A DNA stretch of 64,000 nucleotides, from the NCBI RefSeq assembly GCF_009914755.1, contig NC_060925.1; one strand, given 5' to 3'. Each line of letters starts with the position of its first letter. Positions within the stretch are counted from its first letter, which is position 1. Under the pieces are notes generated by a model, which saw only the letters and a list, made by a program, of their open reading frames with translations, did no database searches and was not told the DNA's origin. Shown piece after piece: positions 55,549 through 64,000 of this stretch. Source of the stretch: the human T2T-CHM13v2.0 reference genome, Homo sapiens. Position numbers and translations under genes: made by a program.

Positions 55549-55977
55549 TTAAGTGAAAATAACAGTTTAATTTACTTTGCTATTTTGAAAAATAAATATA
55601 ACATCCAAGACAACATTTCAATTAGGCAGATCTTCTGAAACTAGATAGGGGTTACAAAAGCACATATTTCTAGTAGTGGAAAACATCATCTATCAAAGAG
55701 TTCTGAGGTTTGTGCTCTGCCTTAGTCTAGGCCTTGAAAAAGACAGGAACATAGCAAGGCTGGTGCCTGTCTTCAGGCTTTGCCGAGGTACACTTGGTGA
55801 AAATCAATGTGACGTGCTGGGACTACATGGCAAGCAAGTGGCTATGTGCAGGGCTGTCGGATTAGAGTCAATGGCCAGAGCAGCAACGAATGACCCCATT
55901 TGCAGAGAGACGTTGTGCTGGAGAAGCCAAGTGCCAAGGAGGAAGGCTGGCAGAAGCTCTGCTCAAAAGACTGAGTG

Positions 55978-55979
55978 AA

Positions 55980-56010
<31 letters not shown>

Positions 56011-56012
56011 GT
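55978..56012. repeat. (TG)n microsatellite
   Basis: Interrupted TG repeat. Confidence 0.92.
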
Positions 56013-57076
56013 ACAACAGCCCAACAAAAAGCAGGTATATAAATACGAAGCAATCAACAGTAGAATCCATGCCCAAGGTTGAGATAAGTGAAGAAAGAAA
56101 ATTGTGCCCTGATGGGTTTGAGTTCAAAGTGTGTGGTAGAAACCTGCACCACCCATTTGGGCAAATCAGACAGGCACTAGCCGCTCAGCTGAGCTGGAAA
56201 AGTGTCTGTGGGAGGATGCCAGGAAAAACACCATCACCCACCCTTTGAAGGAGGGGGATGTGCTGAATCTTGGTAACTAGGAGAACTTAAAACCGGAGCT
56301 GGGAGTGCAATGTGATCACCCAGAGGGAGAATGCACAAACAAAATATGAAGGGGAAAAAAGTTTAATTAAAAAGACAGCAGCGATGAGAGATTTAATTTC
56401 AGCCATGCAGCCAGCCCAGGGCCCCTGTGGGGAAGTAGAGATATCGCAGGAAGTGGGGCTGGAGGGGATGCTGGAGGCCTCTCATTTCGTGGAGATAAGG
56501 TATCTGGCAGCCTGTAAAACAAACAGGGCGCTGCCTGGGAGAGATGCAGGTACCCCTCAAGCCATAAAATCCCTCTTCTGGTCCCCAGCAAGCACTGATT
56601 CTGTGGTAGGTCACCCGAGGGGACTGAACAGTCACAGATGAAAATAATCCCTTTAGTTCAAAGGTCATCTCTGCCACCCTGCTCAAGGACAGCAGGCTTC
56701 AAGACCTGAGATCTGAGTGTCGCCCTTTGTCCCCAAGGGCCTTTGAGCGCTGGCTGGAAAAGGTCCTGGAGCGTCTGGGGTTTTACAGGGTAAAGAGAGC
56801 AGGGTCTATAATTTCCCAACCCTGGGGGAGGAGACAGAAGGAGCAGCAGACGATATAACTTCCCGAAAAGCACAGCTGGCAAGCACACCCACACCGTTAG
56901 GCTGCAACTCCCTGAACTAATTAAAAGGCAGAGCAATGGGAATTTCTGGATTGCTGCATAAGCAGCTCTTGGGGAAAATACGCTCGTGGTATTGCAAACA
57001 CAGAGCTCCCTCTTCACTTCCAAGAGCCAAGTTGGACACAGGTGATTACAGTTTAGGACTAAATATGTGGGTAGGA

Positions 57077-57077
<1 letters not shown>

Positions 57078-57122
<45 letters not shown>
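57078..57122. repeat. (TG)n microsatellite, ~22 units
   Basis: Perfect TG repeat. Confidence 0.97.
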
Positions 57123-57123
<1 letters not shown>

Positions 57124-58769
57124 AAGGAGCGGGGTGGAGAAGAACTCAGCCAGAGAGAAATGCAATGTGATGGAAATAGTTAAAGAGGCTATGATCTTCT
57201 CTCTGATTCCCCTTGAGGACAGAACAATAGGCAAAGGACTCAAATTGCACCACCAGAGAATTTGTGTGGCCACTAGGAGAAAAAAAAAACCCTCCAACTT
57301 AGAAGGGAGTGTTTTTGCATTTCAATCTCTGGGAGGTGTTTTCCTCTCTTTCTCTCTAAGTTTGAAGAATTACTGTTCGAGTTTAACCCCACTTGGAGCC
57401 AGAAAGATGGGCCAAATCAACACCAAGCATGCTTTTCTGCTTTGTGAATCTATGAAAAGGAAAATTTTTTCCAACTCTTTCCTCATAATAATACTCCATC
57501 AATGTGGAGAACTCCTCTGGTGCAGAACTTTCATATCCTGGATTGGGAATCCCAGAGGGAGCTCAGCTGACAGGATGCCCTTAGGAGACCCACTTGTGGG
57601 CCACCAGGAGAGTTACTTGATGAGGGTGTTGGGAATGTAGCTGAGCTGCAGGATGTCAGATAAAACCCTGACACCAAGAAAGAGGACAAAAGCAGCGCAT
57701 CCCCTCTGTCTTCCCTGGGGAGGGCCCAGTGGAGGCTGGACTTTATCCTGGGACAGTGATGGATTGCACTGTCTGGGCTTATGAGACAGAAAGGGGAAAG
57801 GCTTTTCAGCAAGATAGTGGGGGACAGAAGGTGGCTCAACTGTCACTTGGCCCAGGCTCCACTGGAGATCAATCCCAAGTCCTTGGTCGAGAAGATTTTA
57901 AGTTGAAACAGCAAGAGAATACTTCGAGGCATCTAACGGAAGAGCTGCTGGGGGAGTGCCCTGCCCTGTCCCCACCATAAGGACTACCAGAAAGGAGGTA
58001 CAGCATCAGTAATGGCAGAGGCAATGACAGCTCACGTAGGCCACCAGGAGACAGTGAAGAGAGTGCCTCTGCTCTGATCCTGGCCTCAGAAAAACTTGAA
58101 TGATTGCTAAAAATCTATGTGGGCCCCCTGGGACTCTGCAAGTAGAAACTGGGCTATGCCTTCAGTGGGCTTGGGGTTCCAGTGACTCTACTAGGAGGGA
58201 GCTCAGAGGCAAACATTTTTTTGTTGCCACTATGTTGTCCCTTTCTGACTATGTCCCTCAGGCAGGCATTGAGGGAGGAGTTTATATATATAGGATGGCA
58301 CATAACCTGGGAGCATCCCCATGAACATACAGAGGGGGTGGGTAGAAAATACCTATATTAAAATATAAGGAAACTAATGCTTCAATAGGTTATCAACAAT
58401 TTATCCAAATAGTCGTTGGTGGGAGAACTAGTCATAGGCAAGGAGTTACTAGGGAGGGAGGAAAGACATGGGGCAATAGAGTACCCACCAGTTTTCTAGA
58501 GAATTAGCTAGGTCCTACTAACAAATTGTATTTCAGGACCACAGACAGCAGCACAGGAGCACCATTTTGGTGCACACTCCCACCCCATTTATTTCATCTA
58601 TGCAAGTGGTGTCATCTCTCACCCATTAAACCCAGTCCCGGCTCTCAGTGGAAGCTCTGAGGAACTTCTGAGGTTACACAGAAAATAGTCTGAAGACCAC
58701 TGTACTATACCTTTCACAAGGGAATGATAAATCAATTATCTTTATTTCCAATCCAGTCCTTATCCAGTA

Positions 58770-58995
58770 CTAATAATACTAGCTAATGTTTATTAAGCAT
58801 TTACTATACCCATGTACTGTGTTCTCATTTTATCCTTATAACAACCCTACAAGGTTAATTCCATTATTATATCCATTTTATTGATGGAGAAATGGAAAGA
58901 TGAGGAAACTGAGAGATGCTGAAATAGGAGAAACAGCAAAATTAAGTGACTTTTTCTGAGGTTACACAGGCAATCTAATTCCAGAGCCCATACCC
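58770..58995 (-). mobile_element. MIR SINE
   Basis: agctaatgtttattaagcatttacta...ctcattttatccttataacaaccctacaagg...gatgaggaaactgag. Confidence 0.85.
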
Positions 58996-59789
58996 ACAGC
59001 CACCCTGTCAGAGTTGTGTTCTTGAATTTTATACATGGAATTCAGGCATGAATTGTAAATGGTAAGAGACACGACATAGGGCAACTTGGCACATGAAGTC
59101 ATCAAGGACCTGGAAAAGCATCTGCTTTAGTGCCTAGGAACTGAGAGTTCTGTTTCCTATTAAGACTCTGCCTCTTATTATTACCTGCAAAAACTACAAC
59201 AAGTTATATAACGTCTCTATGTCTCTTTTTCCTTTCCCAGTGGAACAATGAAGTGAACCAGGCATCAAGGGCAGATTTGGAATAGGTAAATACCTAGAAG
59301 CTGCTAAGGAAAATAAGTCATAAGTTAGAATGTCTGTTTAGTTTTCTAAATTGTGTGATGTTTTAGAGCTGTCAGGGACCTGCAGATCTTAGAATCCATA
59401 CTCTGCAGGATCTTTAATATTTTATCTATATGAACACCTCACGCAACACAAGAATCCTTCCAACCACATTCCTGAGAAGGTGCTGAGGCCTTTTAGGGCC
59501 AGATTGCTCCTTGGGTCACCAGGAAGCTATCCCTTCTCCACAATACACCCTTCCTCTACCAAATGTACCCAAATATAGCACATCATAGCATTTTCCAAAG
59601 CTGCTTCTAAGATTGCACCATGTCCATCTCCCTCCCACCAGAGATACTATTTGTGCCCTCTGCTGTGGCCAGAGCAAATCATATCCCACTTCCTCCTGGC
59701 AGCCCTTGGCAAGAAGGTGAGTTATTACACCTCTCATAATGTCAACGGAAGGCTAGGCATTTCAAAGGGAACAAGTGAAATATGATTTG

Positions 59790-60060
59790 TTCTAGCCTCA
59801 TCAGAGGTGAGGGTCATGGATCAGTGGAGTACAAGAGATAGTCTGGAGACGTCAGCAGGGGCCAAATCACAAGGGACATTGTATGAGATTCTATGCTGAG
59901 GGCAATGGAAAGCCACTGAAGGCTTTTAAGCAGGAGAGTGACACAATCAAATTTGGATTTTAAGAAAAATCACTCTGACTACAAGTTGGAGAGAGGATTG
60001 GAGGCAAATGTGAGACTGGGGGCAGGATATGCCATGGCCAGACCAGGGCACAGTAAAGCA
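59790..60060 (-). mobile_element. L2 fragment
   Basis: ggcaatggaaagccactgaaggcttttaagcaggagagtgacacaatcaaattt...aaaatcactctgact. Confidence 0.8.
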
Positions 60061-60292
60061 GGCCTCTAACCTCCTAGCTTCTATCAATGCTGCCAGTGAT
60101 GGTGAGCTATACCAGCAGCCATAGCTCACTCTTGTTTCACATTCAGCTCTGGGCAACAGAGCCTTTTCTATAGGAATAGCAGGGTTAGCTCTTTCCCAGC
60201 ATCTATCTCTGCAACTAACTGTTTTAAATCTAATCTTGTTAGTTTCAGCTCTTCCTTTTGGGGTATTGAAATCTTTGTGCATCTTGATCCAA

Positions 60293-60617
60293 CTTTTTCT
60301 TTTTTTCTTTCTGTTTTCTTTATTTATTGTTTTTTTGAGATGGAATCTCACTCTGTCCCCAAGGCTGGAGTGCAGTGGCGTGATCTTGGCTCATTGCAAC
60401 CTGCACCTGCCGGGTTTAAGCAATTCTCCTGTCCTCAGCCTCCTGAGTAGCTGGAACTACAGGAATGCGCCACCACGCCCAGCTAATTTTTGTATTTTTA
60501 ACAGAGATGGGGTTTCACCATGTTGACAAGGATGGTCTCTATCTCTTGACCTCTTGATCCGCCCACCTCAGCCTCCCAAAGTGCTGGGACTACAGGTGTG
60601 AGCCACCACACCCGGCC
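60293..60617 (-). mobile_element. AluS (Sc-like)
   Basis: Full Alu, ggatggtctc...gacctcttgatcc. Confidence 0.93.
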
Positions 60618-61917
60618 ATCAACCTCTTCTTTTTTACTTAAGGGGAAGTACTGAAAGATTTGCTGAAGGGCCATGGATAGTCATTGGTGGTAGGGACAAT
60701 ACTGAACCCAGATTTTCTGACTCCTAAACCAGGCACCCTGGTATTCTGTCTCTCTAGGAAATTGATCTGTTTACAGGAACTAGAATCAAGATTGACTAGA
60801 AGATTGATAGGTTAGTTGGAAAAACAGGTTTTAGCTTGCAGACCCCAAAGGCAGGGAGAGAGGACCCTACGTCCCTTTCTCATGTTTCCTCCTGTTGACT
60901 AAAAGATGCCTGCGTTTGAATCTACAATCCACAGGGATGGCATTACAAGTCTTCAGGCAGCTGAAAGTCACAGTTGTTCAAACCAATCATTGTGGCACTT
61001 GACAATGTCAAAAGACTTGAGAGAATTTCATAGGTGAAAAAAAAATCTTACAAGCTAATGAATGCTTAACAAAAGCTTCTCTATGGAGCTGAACTAGTTC
61101 AGAACATAAATGCTGTTTAGGGAGACTGGACAGGAAATGGGACACCCCTGTGCAGGTGGGAAGGGGAGGGGGGCAGACAGAAAGCTTCCCTGGATGATTT
61201 CCTAAGAATCAGTGCCTGTCTCCTGGGTCCTAATCCACTTGATCTCTGGTCAGGATTTATTTCCATAGCCCCATGAAACCTGGTGATTGGACCCTGCTCA
61301 TGAAAGTCTTAGACCAGGTTCCAGTTGCACAATCAGCTAGTGCCCAGTGCCTATAAAGTATAGGACTGGATTTCCACATGGTGCTGGGAATCAGCAGTGA
61401 ACTGTGTCCAAAGCTCTGTCCCAGCCTGACCAGGACCTCTTAGGTTAGTCCATTCCCCCACCCCAGCCACCACACCTCCATTAGCTCTTTTTTTCTTATG
61501 TTTTCTTTATATTAATGCTCCTTTTTTTAAAAATAAAAAACAGAACAGCCTTCTCCTTCTAGCCAGCTCATCCTGCATCTCTTGTGTTGGCCTCAGGACT
61601 TTTACTCAACTCCTTCTCTATTCCCTACTTGAATCCCCTCCTCAAGTCCCACTAAAATGGTGATTTCTGAGTAGCCTTATTTGTAAGCCAAATGCTGTTA
61701 TTGAAACAACAAAGTTGTCAGATGATCAAGAACTTTGTTGGTCCCTTTAAAGTAAGCATATGCTTGTCTTCGAATAACTATCAATTGGCCACATTTCACA
61801 AAGGAAGTTAAGAGCAATCAGGAGTAACTCCAAAATATACTCTTCAGGGAGAAACTACGTAAGCCAGCATTGACTTTTCAAACAGGCACATGAGCATTAT
61901 TTTAAAAAGGACAAGCA

Positions 61918-62245
<328 letters not shown>

Positions 62246-63329
62246 CTAGCCTTGATACTTATTGTTGAAGCTGTAAAGGAGGCCCCACATAGCCTGTACT
62301 GAGACAGTTGACCATCACCCAAGCCCTGTCCCTATGGTCTAACAAACCTCTCCTTGGCAAAGCAACGACCTGAAGTTATCTATCCCATTCAGGAGATCGT
62401 ATGGCAAGAGCTTCACTAAGCAGTCAATGAGGGAATACTTTTTCAAAGAGCATTTTCTATAGCTTTCTATCTGGTTTCTCACACATCTTCAATGACATCT
62501 GAAAAGCTTTGCTGAAGTGAAATGTATTTGTCTGTGGCCAGGTTACTCAAATTGCCTCTCTTCCTTGCCAGGGAATTCCAAAATCTGGCAAGAGATGTCT
62601 TGTATAAAGTCCCACACAGCAGGAAAGAAAAGCCATGCTGACACAGAGGACTTCCAGAGGATTAAACACAAACCACATTTTTAAACAAAATAGAGTAAGC
62701 TAAAAAGTAAGCTAAAATAAAATCTTACTCTGGTTACCCACTTTCAGAGAAGCCACTAAGCCATCAGAGGCACTGGTGCTACACATTAGCATTTTAGTTT
62801 CTTAACTTGGACACACCACCAGCTAAGCAATTGCTGCGTCCAGGTAAATTTAATTGAGTTTAACATCCCTCAGTCCTAGAATCTTTCAACGCTAGTGCCT
62901 GTGAACTTACCTAACGACCAGAGGCAGGTGAATCTCATGGTGCTGATGCTTTTATCTCTCCTGGGCTGGGGCATCATATAAGAGGGGATTCAAGGGTGTA
63001 TCAAGCACTCTCAGCCTGGGGGCAGCTGTGTACTTTTGGCTGTGAGTGCTCTCAGAGAGGCACAGAGGTGCTCTCCATAGAGAGGCACCAGGAGCCAGGC
63101 ATGCTCCTGACCGCTCCAGCCTCTACCTGCCCAGCACGCGCGCGGCTGGTGAGTCACAGTGTGATGCGGACAGGTCCAGGAGGTTTGTTGTGTGCTTGCT
63201 TCATATCATAGGGCACTTCCTGTCCTGAGCTGAAAGGAAGGGCTTTTTTAAGAGATGCATATTTTTTAAAAAATTCATTTTCTATATGTGTTCAAGAAGG
63301 TGCATGGCAGCATTATCTCTAAGAGGAAA

Positions 63330-63685
63330 TCACTGGAAAAAAAGTGCCTGCCATTCAGGGACCAATTTGAAATAAATACGATTTTCCACATAATGGAATA
63401 AAAAAGAGGAGGATGTGTATTTGCTGCTATGAAAATGTCTCTAAGATATATTGCTGGGTGGAAAAAAAGCGAAGTTGCAAACATACTTAGGCTTACAGAA
63501 AGGTCCAAATCATGCTTATTTTTGTATATGCTTAGAAAAATGTCTGGAGCAATTCACAAGAAACTTGAAGCAGTGAAGACTCCAGGAAGTAGAACTGGGG
63601 AGGAGTGATCTTAATTTTTCTGCACTTTTTGAATTTTCTTTTTGACTCTGTATGTACCTAGGACTTTTATAATAAAAGGGGTTTT
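63330..63685 (+). mobile_element. Old L1 3' end (L1ME/L1MC4-like)
   Basis: aatggaata...atggaaaatgtctctaagatatattgctgggtggaaaaaaagc...gaaaaatgtctgga...ttttataataaaa. Confidence 0.7.
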
Positions 63686-64000
63686 GAAAAATTCCTTTCT
63701 TGCCTAATGAAAAGTATTCTCGTCAGCTAGCCAGTAGCTTCCAGCAAACAAAAGGTTTCCATCAGCAATCAAGCTGCAGTGAATAAGTTTGAAAAGAGAA
63801 ACTCAATTTCCTAGGAAAGTATCTAGAATAGAAGATCTCAATGAGGCTGAGGGAGGGAGGTATCCTCAGCAGTATCTGGTAGGTTCTGATACTTCCCAAG
63901 CTGAGAAGCATTAACTAAACATACTGCATGTTAATTCTTTCTAATTTTATAGGATAGAAAATGTCCGCATATGAAGCAGAGATAATAATATAATGAACCC

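Noticed and set aside
56936-57640. Longest ORF (234 aa)
   Set aside because: Runs through a (TG)n microsatellite (CVCVCV), with no recognisable domain or coding-like composition; chance ORF.

Overview
Primate (very probably human) non-coding genomic DNA, either intergenic or within a large intron. It carries about 16 dimeric Alus (J, S and Y types), two Alu monomers, many MIR and L2 fragments, old L1M 3' ends, MaLR/ERVL/ERV1 solo LTRs, and DNA-transposon fossils (MER3, MER47A, MER5, MER53, MER91A, Tigger3b, Arthur1, piggyBac MER75B). I found no CpG island, no recognisable protein-coding exon and no structural RNA gene; the supplied ORFs look like chance or Alu-derived frames. I could not identify the locus. 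I see no convincing previously undescribed biological system. The most unusual features are: (i) a 164-bp ungapped inverted duplication (150/164 identical, 847-bp spacer) that copies part of an old MLT1 LTR into the neighbouring L2; (ii) a perfect 20-bp-stem hairpin containing the AAAGTGCT/GCACTTTA miR-17/302-type seed motif, just upstream of a candidate 77-nt exon; (iii) several other small local duplications with template-switch-like signatures; (iv) a possible retroposed 3'UTR fragment or terminal exon at ~19.2 kb; and (v) repeat-free, motif-rich candidate enhancers. Repeat family names come from recalled consensus sequences. Boundaries without a TSD or TIR are approximate and need RepeatMasker/Dfam confirmation.
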